NCBI GenBank assembly: GCA_964492555.1
Contig: CAZBKQ010000003.1
Span: forward strand, 74,658 to 113,048
Origin: an uncultured Rhodospirillaceae bacterium
Lineage (GTDB): Bacteria; Pseudomonadota; Alphaproteobacteria; MPNO01; UBA2964
Length of the DNA: 38,391 nt
Reading direction: 5' to 3'
Both the position numbers and the translations under genes were made by a program. The notes beneath the pieces were generated by a model. It was not told where the DNA came from. It made no database searches and worked only from the letters and a program-made list of their open reading frames with translations. Positions 9,440 through 19,404 of the stretch are shown here, in pieces. Each line of letters starts with the position of its first letter. Position 1 is the stretch's first letter.

Positions 9440-10721
9440 GCGAAAACAGCCCGGGCGGGCGGTGGAGCTGACGGTCGAAGCGCTTGGCGCGCGGGGAGAC
9501 GGCATTGCGAAAATAGAGGGTGATTCCGTGTTCATTCCCCATACCGCCCCGGGAGACCGGGTTCGGGTGTCGCTTGCCCCGAAGAACCGGGTGTCCTCAA
9601 TCGAAAGGCTGGCTGACGGGCCGGCCCGGGTTGACCCGCCCTGTCCGCATTTTGAAATTTGTGGCGGTTGTTCGGTCCAGCATATCGCCGAGGCCGCCTA
9701 CGTTTCCTGGAAGGAAAACATCCTGCGCGAGGCGTTGCTCCGCCGGCAGATTGATCCTGCGCCGATCCGGCCGATGGCGCGCGGCGCGCCCGGTCGCCGC
9801 CGGCGCGCGCGGCTGCATTTTATCGCCACCGCCACCGGCGTCGTGTTGGGTTTCCGGGAGGGACGAAGCCACCGGATCGTTGCGATCGACTCCTGCGCGC
9901 TCCTGACCGGCAGGTTGACCGGTTTTCTGGAGGCTTTGCGTGGGGCGTTGCGCTCTTGTCTGAAGGCGGGCGCGCGGGGCGAAGCCACCCTGACCGATAC
10001 GGAAACCGGGATTGATCTCACATTGGCGCTCAAGGACGAACCTGACTTGCGTCTGCGGGAGGCGCTGTCTGAAATCGCACAGACCCATGATCTTGCCCGT
10101 ATTTCCTGGAAACCCTTATCTCGGACCGGCGGCGAGGAGGCGGGGCCGGTCATCGCGCGCAGGGCGCCTACCATGCGCATCGGCGATATCACGGTGGCGC
10201 TGCCGCCGGATGGCTTCGTACAGCCGACAGCGGCTGGCGAAGCCGCGCTGCGGGACGTGGTTATGACCGCGGCCTCAGGGGCGGGCAGGGTCCTCGACCT
10301 TTATTCGGGCTGTGGAGCCTTCGGTTTACCGGTCGCGGAGACAGGCGCTTTGGTCCATGCCGTTGAGCGCGATCCGGCGCAGATCGGGGCGCTGAACCAT
10401 GCGGCGCGGCAAGCCGGGTTCGGCGAGCGCGTGACAGGAGAAGCACGCGACCTCGACCGGCGGCCGTTATTGCCGCATGAGCTTGCGGCGTTTGACGCCG
10501 TTATTCTCGATCCGCCGCGTGCCGGAGCGGAGAAACAGGTGGAACAGCTTGTCCTGTCTGAAATCCCGTTGATCGCCTATGTCTCCTGCAACCCGGTGAG
10601 CTTTGCGCGCGACGCGCAGATGCTGATCGGGGTGGGTTATGCAATAGAGACCATTCTGCCTGTCGACCAGTTTCTCTGGTCGCCGCATCTGGAGCTTGCC
10701 GGCGTTTTCAGAAAAGGCTGA
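9429..10721 (+). CDS. RlmD/RumA-like RNA m5U methyltransferase with TRAM domain and Fe-S cysteines
   Basis: TRAM-like N-terminus, CPHFEICGGC plus a later Cys, FVQ, DLYSGCG, LDPPRAG, catalytic YVSCNP, HLE; overlaps the tlyA end by 11 nt. Confidence 0.9.
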   Translation: MADRRKQPGRAVELTVEALGARGDGIAKIEGDSVFIPHTAPGDRVRVSLAPKNRVSSIERLADGPARVDPPCPHFEICGGCSVQHIAEAAYVSWKENILREALLRRQIDPAPIRPMARGAPGRRRRARLHFIATATGVVLGFREGRSHRIVAIDSCALLTGRLTGFLEALRGALRSCLKAGARGEATLTDTETGIDLTLALKDEPDLRLREALSEIAQTHDLARISWKPLSRTGGEEAGPVIARRAPTMRIGDITVALPPDGFVQPTAAGEAALRDVVMTAASGAGRVLDLYSGCGAFGLPVAETGALVHAVERDPAQIGALNHAARQAGFGERVTGEARDLDRRPLLPHELAAFDAVILDPPRAGAEKQVEQLVLSEIPLIAYVSCNPVSFARDAQMLIGVGYAIETILPVDQFLWSPHLELAGVFRKG

Positions 10722-10724
10722 GCG

Positions 10725-11795
10725 TTATCCGCACTGACCGCGATGACGCAGCATGTGATCGGCCAGCACGCAGGCCATCATCGCTTCGCCGACCGGCACG
10801 CCACGGATGCCGACGCAGGGGTCGTGGCGTCCCTTGGTCGCGACCGTCGTATTGCGTCCCTTGGCGGTTACCGTCTTGCGAGGGGTGAGGATGGAACTGG
10901 TCGGTTTGACCGCGAAACGGACCACGACATCCTGTCCGGTGGAAATGCCGCCTAGAACGCCGCCGGCCTTGTTGGACTGGAATTCAACCTTGCCGTTTTC
11001 CATACGCATCTCATCGGCGTTCTCTTCACCCGACAGGGCCGCCGCGCCGAAACCCGCGCCGATTTCCACGCCCTTGACCGCGTTTATCCCCATCATCGCG
11101 GCGGCGAGATCGACATCCAGCTTGCCATAGATGGGCGCGCCCAGACCGGCCGGCACGCCGGATGCGCGGATTTCGATTACCGCGCCGACGGAGGAACCCG
11201 CCTTGCGCACGTCGTCCAGATACTCCGCCCAATGCGCCGCGGCTTTCGCATCCGGGCACCAGAACGGATTTTTCTCGATCTGGTTCCAGCGCCAGTTGTC
11301 GGGATTGATCTTCTCCGTTCCCATCTGGATCATCGCGCCGCGGATTTTGACACCCTTGCCGAGGATCTTGCGGGCGACGCCGCCGGCGGCGACCCGCATC
11401 GCCGTTTCCCGCGCGGACGGCCTTCCGCCGCCGCGATAATCGCGGAAACCGTATTTCTTCCAGTATGTGTAATCCGCGTGGCCAGGACGAAACTTGTCCT
11501 TGATTTCGGAATAATCCCTGGACCGCGCGTCCTGATTTTCTATCAGCAGCCCGATGGATGTGCCCGTGGTTTTGCCCTCAAACACGCCGGACAAAATCTT
11601 TACCTGATCCGGCTCGCGGCGCTGCGTGACGAAGCGCGATGTCCCCGGCTTGCGCCGGTCGAGCCACACCTGCAAATCTTCTTCATTCAGGGGAATGCCG
11701 GGCGGGGTTCCGTCCACCACGCATCCGATGGCGGGACCATGGCTTTCACCCCAGGTCGTGACCCTGAAAAGAGTGCCGAAACTGTTATCCGACAT
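10725..11795 (-). CDS. aroC: Chorismate synthase
   Basis: [45 protein letters not shown]. Confidence 0.98.
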   Translation of the reverse strand: MSDNSFGTLFRVTTWGESHGPAIGCVVDGTPPGIPLNEEDLQVWLDRRKPGTSRFVTQRREPDQVKILSGVFEGKTTGTSIGLLIENQDARSRDYSEIKDKFRPGHADYTYWKKYGFRDYRGGGRPSARETAMRVAAGGVARKILGKGVKIRGAMIQMGTEKINPDNWRWNQIEKNPFWCPDAKAAAHWAEYLDDVRKAGSSVGAVIEIRASGVPAGLGAPIYGKLDVDLAAAMMGINAVKGVEIGAGFGAAALSGEENADEMRMENGKVEFQSNKAGGVLGGISTGQDVVVRFAVKPTSSILTPRKTVTAKGRNTTVATKGRHDPCVGIRGVPVGEAMMACVLADHMLRHRGQCG

Positions 11796-11803
11796 CGGTC
11801 TTG

Positions 11804-12625
11804 CTAGTTCTTGACGACGGCGTCGATATCGGGTGCATCCACGGCCTTCATGCCGATCACGTTATAGCCGCAATCGACGTGATGCACCTCGCCGCTGACG
11901 CCCGCGGACAGGTCAGACAAGAGATAAAGACCGGCGCCGCCGACATCGCCGATGGTGACGTTGCGGCGGAGCGGCGCGTTAAGTTCATTCCATTTCAGGA
12001 TATAGCGGAAATCGCCGATCCCGGAGGCCGCCAGGGTACGGATGGGGCCCGCCGATATCGCGTTGACCCGGACATTCTGCGCGCCGAGATCAACCGCCAG
12101 GTACCGCACGCTGCATTCCAGCGCCGCCTTGGCGACACCCATCACGTTGTAATGGGGTACGACCCTTTCCGAGCCGGCATAGGTGAGGGTGAGGATCGAT
12201 CCACCATCCTGCATCAACGGCGCGGCGGCGCGGCAGACGGCCGTGAAGGAATAGCAGGAGACGGACATCGTCATGGCGAAATTTTCCGCCGACGTATCCA
12301 GATAACGCCCGGTGAGCTCGTTCTTGTCGGAAAAGGCGATGGCGTGGACCAGAAAATCCAGACCGCCCCATTTTTCCTTCACCTCATCCATGGTCCGCGC
12401 GACACTGGCCTCGTCACTGACATCGCATTCGACAAGAAGATCGCATTCCAATTGTTCGGCAAGCGGGCGGACCCGTTTTTCCAGAACCTCGTTCTGATAG
12501 GTCAGGCCGATTTGCGCGCCCTGGTCGGCAAGCGCCCTGGTGATTCCCCAGGCAATCGACCGGTCATTCGCGACCCCCATCACAAGGCCCTTCTTGCCGG
12601 CCATAAGCGGCGCGGATTCGGTCAT
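11804..12625 (-). CDS. fabI: Enoyl-ACP reductase
   Basis: [43 protein letters not shown]; start at ATG 12625 (MTESAPLM). Confidence 0.96.
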   Translation of the reverse strand: MTESAPLMAGKKGLVMGVANDRSIAWGITRALADQGAQIGLTYQNEVLEKRVRPLAEQLECDLLVECDVSDEASVARTMDEVKEKWGGLDFLVHAIAFSDKNELTGRYLDTSAENFAMTMSVSCYSFTAVCRAAAPLMQDGGSILTLTYAGSERVVPHYNVMGVAKAALECSVRYLAVDLGAQNVRVNAISAGPIRTLAASGIGDFRYILKWNELNAPLRRNVTIGDVGGAGLYLLSDLSAGVSGEVHHVDCGYNVIGMKAVDAPDIDAVVKN

Positions 12626-12660
12626 TTCTGCTCTGGCTCCCGGTGGTGAATAGGGGACGC

Positions 12661-12689
12661 AGTCTACACTAAAGGGGGTGAGGGGCAAA
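12661..12689 (-). promoter_or_regulatory. Candidate sigma70 promoter for fabI-aroC
   Basis: Minus strand TTGCCC (12688-12683), 16-nt spacer, TAGACT (12666-12661). Confidence 0.45.
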
Positions 12690-12730
12690 GAAGCGCCACC
12701 CCGGCGTGGTCGCGCCATACCGGGGCGGCG
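12687..12730 (-). terminator. Probable intrinsic terminator of the 17-kDa-antigen-like gene
   Basis: Minus-strand hairpin CGCCGCCCCGG...CCGGGGTGGCG with G-U pairs that form only on this strand, followed by CTTCTTT, starting 7 nt after the stop codon. Confidence 0.6.
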
Positions 12731-12737
12731 ATGTTAT

Positions 12738-13226
12738 TCAACTGACGATCCGCCAGGTGCCGTCTTCGCGGCGGCAGGCGGTGCCTGTCGCGGTTTCGGT
12801 GCGGCCATCAACCGTGATGGTCTGCTCATATTCGCGGCAATCCCGGCCGTCGCGCGCCGAAGTATGGGTGGTGCGGGTCGGCGTAACGGTGCCTGAATGC
12901 CCCGAATCGGGATTCGACCAGGTCGAGGTCTCGCCGGTGCGGTTATTCTCAAGGGCCTTGTTCGCGGTCTGCGCCGCGTAGGTGCGGTCGGCCTTGTCCA
13001 GTGATTTTCCGATCTCACTGCCGATCAGCAGCCCGGCGATGGCGCCGACCGCAGTCGCCGCGAGCTTGCCGTCACCGCCTCCGAATTTCGACCCGAGGAG
13101 ACCGCCCAAGGCGCCGCCGATCACGCCACCCAGTTGCTGTTTCTGGCCCTGGTTGCTGCCTTCACAGGAAATTAGACCGAGGGAAAGGACGGCGACCGCC
13201 GCCAAGGAAGTGATTTTCTTCAACAT
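12738..13226 (-). CDS. Rickettsia 17-kDa-antigen-like (RT0821/Lpp0805-type) surface lipoprotein with glycine zipper
   Basis: Signal peptide with lipobox LISC; glycine zipper GGVIGGALGGLLGSKFGGGDGKLAATAVGAIAG; WSNPDSG; CREY...TACRREDGTW. Start at ATG 13226. Confidence 0.9.
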   Translation of the reverse strand: MLKKITSLAAVAVLSLGLISCEGSNQGQKQQLGGVIGGALGGLLGSKFGGGDGKLAATAVGAIAGLLIGSEIGKSLDKADRTYAAQTANKALENNRTGETSTWSNPDSGHSGTVTPTRTTHTSARDGRDCREYEQTITVDGRTETATGTACRREDGTWRIVS

Positions 13227-13404
13227 CTGCAAACCCCAAAAATTCAATATCTCAATGATATGTCCTATAGACGGACATACACGAATAACGGCGGCATATT
13301 CCGCCGTTACCAAAAGATGGGAATTATGATACCGCTTGTTCAAGTAAATTGTGTATTCCCGGAAAAAACCCTGTAAATAATTAATATTATGAGGAAAAAA
13401 CAGG

Positions 13405-13992
13405 ATGTCGGCTGACGTTTCCAACCCTTTTGCGATTTTTGAGGAATGGTTCGCAGCGGCGAAGAAAGCCGAGGCGGACCTGCCCGAAGCCATGTCGGTT
13501 GCGACCGCGTCAAAGGACGGCAAGGTAACGTCCCGCATGGTTCTTCTGAAATCCTTTGACGCTTCGGGCTTTGTCTTTTTCACCAATACCGGTAGCCGCA
13601 AGGCCGCCGATATTGCTGAAAATTCCCAGGTTGCGTTGTTATTTCACTGGAAATCCCAGTCGCGTCAGGTTCGAATCACCGGTGCCGCCCAATTTGTCGA
13701 TGATGCCGAGGCCGATGCCTATTTTGCGACCCGTCCGCGCGGCGCGCAGATCGGCGCCTGGGCCTCCAGGCAATCCGGGGCCATGGAAGGCCGTTTTTCG
13801 CTGGAAAAGGAAGTCGCGAAATTCACCGCCAAATTCGGCGCCGGCAAAATTCCGCGACCGCCATTCTGGACCGGCTACCGGATTGTCCCCGATGGTTTTG
13901 AATTCTGGGAAGAGGGCCGTTTCCGACTGCATCGCCGCCGGTCATTTACGCCTACCTCTGACGGCTGGTCGACAGAGTGGCTTTATCCGTGA
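13405..13992 (+). CDS. pdxH: Pyridoxine/pyridoxamine 5'-phosphate oxidase
   Basis: RMVLLK, FFTNTGSRK, RQVRITG, RPRGAQIGAWASRQS, PRPPFWTGYR, EFW...RLH. Confidence 0.94.
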   Translation: MSADVSNPFAIFEEWFAAAKKAEADLPEAMSVATASKDGKVTSRMVLLKSFDASGFVFFTNTGSRKAADIAENSQVALLFHWKSQSRQVRITGAAQFVDDAEADAYFATRPRGAQIGAWASRQSGAMEGRFSLEKEVAKFTAKFGAGKIPRPPFWTGYRIVPDGFEFWEEGRFRLHRRRSFTPTSDGWSTEWLYP

Positions 13993-14082
13993 AAGATCGC
14001 CCTGGATTTTGCAGCTTGAAAATTCCTTCCAGAACACGGAAGGTTCAGAAATATAGCAACAGAACATAAGCGGGGATCCAAA

Positions 14083-14946
14083 ATGTCCATTTCCACTATT
14101 CTTGCCTGTGTCAGCAGCGATGCGTACGCCGATACACTTTTAGAGGCTGTTCGCCGTGTCGGGGTCGGGTCAGCCGCCCATATCGAAGCGCTGCATGTCC
14201 GGGCTGACCCGCGGGGTCTTGTCCCCTACACCGGAGAAGGGATGGACGGCACCATGATCGAGGAAATCATGGATGTCACCGAAAAGGAAAGCGGCGAGCG
14301 CGCCGCGCGCGTTCGGCAGGCCTTTGATAAATTTTCCGCCGACCATGGAGACATCGCCGTGGACGGGGCGCCAGGTGGCGGCGCGACGATTTCCTGGCGC
14401 GAGGAAACCGGACGGGAAGACGAGGTCCTGTCGATCCGGGGGCGTCTTTTCGATCTGATCGCGGTCGGCCGGCCGGTAAAGGACAGCGCCCTTCCGTCAC
14501 CGATCACACTTGAAGCCGCCCTTCTGGATACGGGACGGCCGGTCCTCATGGTGCCGCCTGAACTGCCCGCGGAAACCGGTCGCAATATCGCCATTGCCTG
14601 GGAAAGCAGTCCGGAAGCGACCCGGGCAATTGCGAATTCGCTGCCGCTTCTCGCCGGCGCGGACAAGGTGACGTTGCTGGTCCGGAACCCGATGGAGCCA
14701 CCCGAAATTCCGCCGGAAGAATGCGTCGCGCGCTTGGCCTGGTCGGGGATCAAGGCCGACATTGTTCAGTTCCGGGGTGACGCGGAGGAGGTCGGCGCTG
14801 CCTATCTGAACCGGTCAAAGGAAATCGGCGCGGATCTGTTGGTCAAGGGCGCCTATGCGCGGGCCCGGGTCCGTCAGATGATCCTTGGCGGACGCACCCG
14901 GCACATCATCGGCAACGCCGAAATACCCGTTTTCTTCAGCCGTTGA
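14083..14946 (+). CDS. Universal stress protein (tandem USP type)
   Basis: TILACV N-terminus, DLIAVGRP, GRPVLMVP, IAIAWESSPEATRA, ADLLVKGAY...ILGGRTRHII...IPVFFS. Confidence 0.9.
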   Translation: MSISTILACVSSDAYADTLLEAVRRVGVGSAAHIEALHVRADPRGLVPYTGEGMDGTMIEEIMDVTEKESGERAARVRQAFDKFSADHGDIAVDGAPGGGATISWREETGREDEVLSIRGRLFDLIAVGRPVKDSALPSPITLEAALLDTGRPVLMVPPELPAETGRNIAIAWESSPEATRAIANSLPLLAGADKVTLLVRNPMEPPEIPPEECVARLAWSGIKADIVQFRGDAEEVGAAYLNRSKEIGADLLVKGAYARARVRQMILGGRTRHIIGNAEIPVFFSR

Positions 14947-14977
14947 CCGGCGCGCGCGGGGGGATCCCGTCTTAAAG

Positions 14978-15718
14978 ATGAATGCCGCAGTCAAAACCGC
15001 CGTCATCACGGGGGCGAGCCGGGGTATCGGCCTGGCGGTGGTGGAGCGTTTTACCCGGGATGGTTGGCGGGTAATTTCCTGTGCCCGCGGCGAGGCGCCG
15101 GCGGAATTCGCCGGAAATTCCCTGTGGACTGATCATTTTTCCACCGACCTGTCGGACCGGGAGGCGGTTGATCAATTTGTCGAGCAGGCCGTCGCGGTTA
15201 TCGGCGCGGGCGGGCTGGACGCGCTGGTCAATAACGCGGCGCAATCGCCCAAGGCCGAATATCACGAACGATTGGGGTGTCTGAATGGTGACCTCGATGG
15301 CTGGCGGACGGTATTCGAGCTTAATTTCTTTGCGCCGCTGACGCTGTCGCGCGGCTTTGCCGCCGCCCTTCATAAAAAGCGGGGGGCGATCGTTAATATC
15401 ACCTCGATCGCCGGTCATGCCATCCACCCCTTCGCGGGCTCTGCCTATTCCACTTCGAAAGCGGCGCTGTCGTCCCTGACGCGGGAAATGGCGAACGAAT
15501 TCGCCGAGCTTGGTATCCGGGTCAATGCGGTGGCACCCGGAGAAATCCGTACCGGCATGATCGGGCCGGAATATGAGGCGTTGGTTCCCCGGATCCCGCT
15601 TAACCGTATGGGCACGGCGGAGGAAGTGGCGTCGGTTATTTATCGTCTCTGTGATTCGGAATTCGGTTATGTGACCGGCAGCGAGGTCTTTGTCACGGGC
15701 GGCCAGCATCTCTTCTAG
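14978..15718 (+). CDS. Short-chain dehydrogenase/reductase, FixR-like
   Basis: TGASRGIG, VNNA, IVNITS, catalytic YSTSK. GWRVISCAR, HPFAGSAY, APGEIRT and terminal GGQHL match my recollection of Bradyrhizobium FixR. Confidence 0.88.
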   Translation: MNAAVKTAVITGASRGIGLAVVERFTRDGWRVISCARGEAPAEFAGNSLWTDHFSTDLSDREAVDQFVEQAVAVIGAGGLDALVNNAAQSPKAEYHERLGCLNGDLDGWRTVFELNFFAPLTLSRGFAAALHKKRGAIVNITSIAGHAIHPFAGSAYSTSKAALSSLTREMANEFAELGIRVNAVAPGEIRTGMIGPEYEALVPRIPLNRMGTAEEVASVIYRLCDSEFGYVTGSEVFVTGGQHLF

Positions 15719-15724
15719 CCGGGT

Positions 15725-15753
15725 TTGACGCGCCCACCGTCACGCGGGAGACT
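15725..15753 (+). promoter_or_regulatory. Candidate sigma70 promoter for the hydrolase-MFS pair
   Basis: TTGACG (15725-15730), 17-nt spacer, GAGACT (15748-15753), then an AGGAGG RBS. Confidence 0.4.
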
Positions 15754-15777
15754 GCGGTCTGTTCCAGGAGGCAGGGA

Positions 15778-16602
15778 ATGACGGACAGGGAATTTTCGAT
15801 TGAAGACGTCCCGTATCTGACAGTCGACGGCATTGAGTTACAGCTCAGGATTTACCGGCCGGACGGCGGCACGCGGACATGGATGATGGAAACCCATGGC
15901 GGGGCGTGGGCGAATAATGACCGCACCAGCAACGCGGTGCTGCATGAGGCGGTGGCGAAAACCGGTGTCGGCGTTGTCGGGATCGATTTCCGCCTGTCGG
16001 ATCAGGCCAAATTTCCCGGCCCGCTACAGGATATCAGTTACGCGATCCGCTGGTTCAAGGCGCATGCGGGCGATCTCGGCATAGAGATTGCGAAACTTGG
16101 CGGGCTCGGTACTTCGAGCGGCGGTCAACAGATGGGGCTGATGGCGGTCAAACCGAACGATCTTGAATATTGCCTGCCCGCACCCGAACTGGGCGATGTT
16201 GATCCGTCGATCGAGTTCTTTGCCGCCTGCTGGCCAATCCTCGATCCGTTGGCGCGCTATCACATGGCCAGAGACGCGGGCAATGAGCGTCTGGTGAACA
16301 ACCATCATAAATATTTTGAGGATGAGGCGGCGATGGAACGCGCCAATCCCTTCCGGGTACTTGAACGGGGAGAGGCAACGCATCTGCCGCCCGCGCTTAT
16401 TCTCCAGGGAACGGCTGACAATAACGTCAATCATGAATGGCAGGATCTGTTCGCGGAGACATACCGCGCGGCGGGTGGCGAATGCCTGGTGCATAAATTT
16501 CCCGATCAGCCGCACACTTTCGCGACCAATAATCCGGATGATCCGCAGTCACTGGCCGCGATTGCCGCCTTGCGGGACTTTGTCCTCGCGCAGGCCGTAT
16601 AA
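15778..16602 (+). CDS. Alpha/beta hydrolase (HSL/Aes-like esterase)
   Basis: Oxyanion motif HGGAW, nucleophile elbow GTSSGG, LQGTAD (Asp), QPH (His). Confidence 0.88.
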   Translation: MTDREFSIEDVPYLTVDGIELQLRIYRPDGGTRTWMMETHGGAWANNDRTSNAVLHEAVAKTGVGVVGIDFRLSDQAKFPGPLQDISYAIRWFKAHAGDLGIEIAKLGGLGTSSGGQQMGLMAVKPNDLEYCLPAPELGDVDPSIEFFAACWPILDPLARYHMARDAGNERLVNNHHKYFEDEAAMERANPFRVLERGEATHLPPALILQGTADNNVNHEWQDLFAETYRAAGGECLVHKFPDQPHTFATNNPDDPQSLAAIAALRDFVLAQAV

Positions 16603-16617
16603 TAGGCGGCCATCAAT

Positions 16618-17865
16618 TTGACGGAACCCGCACGCGCGACCGCGAAGCAATCCGACGATCCCAGAGGCTGGATCGTTGTCGGGGCGCTGTTTCTGATGCT
16701 CTCGGTGGTTATCGCCGGACGCAGTTCTCTCGGGCTGATGATGCCGTTCTGGAAAGAGGATATGGGATGGAGCTACGGCGACATCTCGACCGCCGGCGCC
16801 GTGATGATGGTGGTTATGGCCGCGACCGCTCCGGCGGCCGGGCTCCTGATCGATCGATATGGGCCACGCATCATTTATGGCTTCGGTATGACGCTGATCG
16901 CCGTTGTCTTCATCCTGTGTTCCTATATGGATGCGCAGTGGCAGCTGATTGCGTGGTTCAGCATTCTGGGCGGCATCGGGTTCGCCGTTATTTCGCCCTC
17001 ACTTGTCTCAGCGACGGTGGCCCAGTTTTTCGACCGGAAAATCGGGTTGGCGACCAGCATTGCCACAGCGGGCAGTACTGGGGGACAGCTCGCCTTGATG
17101 CCGCTGCTGGGATTTCTGGTCGTCGGAATTTCCTGGCGGCCCAGCTTTGTCGTCGTCGGTTCGGTGATTCTCGCGACTCTGGTCGTTGTTCAGTTGCTGA
17201 TAAGGGGCCGGCCGGCGCCCGGGCGCCACGCGGGGGCAAAGCGAGCGGCCGGACCGGCGAAGACCGTGGTGGCGGGCCTGTTGCGGGATCGCACCTTCTG
17301 GCTTCTTTCCGGCGGATTTTTTATCTGTGGGTTTACGACTGTCGGCGTCGTCAAGGTCCACCTCATTCCCTATGCCGATCTCTGCGGTTTTCCTCCCCTC
17401 GAAGGTACCTTCGCTTACGGCGTGTTGTCGGGTTTCAGCCTTACCGGGATGCTGGTTTTCGGTCATTTGGCGGACCGATTCAACCGGCCGGTCCTGCTCG
17501 CCAGTATTTACTTCCTGCGTGCATTGACCTTTATCCTGTTGATGAATATCGCTGGCAGCGAAACGACGCTTTATCTCTTCGCCATCCTGTTTGGCCTGTT
17601 CGATTACGGCACTTTCCCCATTGTCGCGTCTCTGGTGGCGTCTCATATCGGCCGCCATGTCATGGGGATCAGCATGGGACTGATTTTCGCCAGCCATTCT
17701 CTGGGCGGCGCGCTCGGCACTTTTTTGGGCGGCTATCTGTTCGAACTTTTCAACCGGTATGACTGGGTATGGATCGTGTCGCTGGGCCTGGCCGTCATTG
17801 CGGGTTTGCTTAGCCTGATGATCCGGGAAGACCGGGGCGGGGCACCGGTGCCGCAGGCGGCCTGA
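16618..17865 (+). CDS. MFS transporter (OFA/YbfB-like)
   Basis: About 12 hydrophobic segments; motif A GLLIDRYGPR and GHLADRFNRP; TTG start. Confidence 0.9.
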   Translation: MTEPARATAKQSDDPRGWIVVGALFLMLSVVIAGRSSLGLMMPFWKEDMGWSYGDISTAGAVMMVVMAATAPAAGLLIDRYGPRIIYGFGMTLIAVVFILCSYMDAQWQLIAWFSILGGIGFAVISPSLVSATVAQFFDRKIGLATSIATAGSTGGQLALMPLLGFLVVGISWRPSFVVVGSVILATLVVVQLLIRGRPAPGRHAGAKRAAGPAKTVVAGLLRDRTFWLLSGGFFICGFTTVGVVKVHLIPYADLCGFPPLEGTFAYGVLSGFSLTGMLVFGHLADRFNRPVLLASIYFLRALTFILLMNIAGSETTLYLFAILFGLFDYGTFPIVASLVASHIGRHVMGISMGLIFASHSLGGALGTFLGGYLFELFNRYDWVWIVSLGLAVIAGLLSLMIREDRGGAPVPQAA

Positions 17866-17867
17866 TT

Positions 17868-18674
17868 TCAGTCTTCGCCCGGTGGCGGGACTATCTCCGA
17901 ATTCTGTGCCGCTTCCTCGGCCTCCAACCGCCGGTAGGCCCGCACCGAAAAGGGCAGCGTGCAGCCATAGGCGACGATTATGGCGGTAAGGGTAAGCTGC
18001 GGTTCCGTGAACATTGCTGCCGCCAGGAATGCGATCCCCGCCATTGATACCGTTACGAATTTTGACGGCACCCGCAGGCGCTTGAAAGACCAAGTGGGCA
18101 GCCGGCTGATCATAAGCAGGGCTACGGTCAGTGACCATGGTCCCGTAAGCCAGGGTGAGCCGAGCCATTGCCAGCCGGTTTCGGAAAACAGGATCAGCGG
18201 CAGGAGAAGGAGTCCCGCACCGGCCGGCGCGGGAACGCCGCTGAAATAACCGTTGGCCCATGCCGGCAGATCGTTCTCGGCGGACGCGACGTTAAATCGG
18301 GCAAGCCGCAGGACGCAGCATACCGGATACAGAAGCGCGACTGCCCAGCCGATACCCCCGGCATCCTGTAACGACCAGATATAGACCATGATCACGGGCG
18401 CCACGCCGAAGGCGATCCCGTCTACCAGGGAATCAAGCTGCCCTCCGAATTCCGTGGGACCGCCCATCAGCCGCGCGATGCGGCCGTCCAGCGTATCGAG
18501 CAGCGCGGCGCCGGCGACCAGAAGGATGGCGATTTCCCAGCGCCCTTCCAGAGAGAACCGGATTGCGGTGAGCCCCGCGCAAAGCCCGAGCATGGTCAAG
18601 GCGTTGGGCAACAGCCGGTTTATATGGTCGCGTCTCAACCGTCTTCTGCGTGAACTTCGGGCCCGGCGCGCCAT
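17868..18674 (-). CDS. pssA: CDP-diacylglycerol--serine O-phosphatidyltransferase
   Basis: PNALT, CDP-alcohol phosphotransferase motif DTLDGRIAR...FGGQLDSLVD, LRLARFN, FSGVPAPAG; 1-nt overlap with psd. Confidence 0.93.
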   Translation of the reverse strand: MARRARSSRRRRLRRDHINRLLPNALTMLGLCAGLTAIRFSLEGRWEIAILLVAGAALLDTLDGRIARLMGGPTEFGGQLDSLVDGIAFGVAPVIMVYIWSLQDAGGIGWAVALLYPVCCVLRLARFNVASAENDLPAWANGYFSGVPAPAGAGLLLLPLILFSETGWQWLGSPWLTGPWSLTVALLMISRLPTWSFKRLRVPSKFVTVSMAGIAFLAAAMFTEPQLTLTAIIVAYGCTLPFSVRAYRRLEAEEAAQNSEIVPPPGED

Positions 18675-19366
18675 CAGCGAATATCTCCCTTGCGGTCTTC
18701 GCCGCCCGGCTTCAACGTTGCGATCACGGTTTCCCCCGCAATTGCGCGTTGACCTTCGGCGACGAGTATTGTTGCCGTATTTTCCAGATAAACGTCAACG
18801 CGGCTGCCGAAACGGATCATGCCGAACCTCTCGCCCGCTTTCAGCTGGGCGCCGTCTTGCGTCCAGCTCACGATGCGCCGCGCGACCAGTCCGGCGATCT
18901 GAACCACCGCCAGTTCGCTGCCGTCGCTTGCCGCCAGCCTGATTGCCCGCCGCTCATTATCGACGCTGGCCTTGTCGAGAGAGGCGTTAAGAAATTTGCC
19001 CGGGCGGTAGGCGGAGAGAACGATCTCGCCATCGACCGGGCTGCGGTTCACATGGCAATCGAACACGTTCATGAAAACGCTGACCCGGCGCATCGGCTGG
19101 TCCGTCATGCCGAGTTCCGGTGGTGGTGGCGCGTCGGTGACGGACTGGATGACCCCATCCGCCGGGCTGATGACGAGTCCCTCTTCCACCGGGGTGACGC
19201 GGTCGGGGTCGCGGAAAAAATAAGCGCACCAGAGCGTCAGGATGACGCCAACCCATCCGAGCAGCGTGCCCAGCCATCCGCCCAACGCGAAGAGAATCAG
19301 CGTTGCCGCCGCAAAGGCGGCGAGAAAAGGCCGGCCTTCCGGGTGAAGTTTTAACGAGGGCATCAT
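18674..19366 (-). CDS. psd: Phosphatidylserine decarboxylase proenzyme
   Basis: [33 protein letters not shown], autocleavage motif RFGSRVD. Confidence 0.96.
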   Translation of the reverse strand: MMPSLKLHPEGRPFLAAFAAATLILFALGGWLGTLLGWVGVILTLWCAYFFRDPDRVTPVEEGLVISPADGVIQSVTDAPPPPELGMTDQPMRRVSVFMNVFDCHVNRSPVDGEIVLSAYRPGKFLNASLDKASVDNERRAIRLAASDGSELAVVQIAGLVARRIVSWTQDGAQLKAGERFGMIRFGSRVDVYLENTATILVAEGQRAIAGETVIATLKPGGEDRKGDIR

Positions 19367-19404
19367 GCCTTTATCATCTGTTGTATGTCTCTCTTCAGGA
19401 AGCT

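Noticed and set aside
11414-11430. AroC motif RPSARET instead of the usual RSSARET
   Set aside because: A variable position; all other chorismate synthase motifs are intact.
13230-13404. AT-rich patch as possible foreign DNA or insertion scar
   Set aside because: Short, located between divergent core genes, no terminal repeats or mobile-element remnants; consistent with a promoter region.
12738-13601. 287-aa ORF suggesting an N-terminally extended lipoprotein overlapping pdxH
   Set aside because: The signal peptide and lipobox begin at Met 13226; the extension crosses the AT-rich spacer and runs antisense to pdxH.
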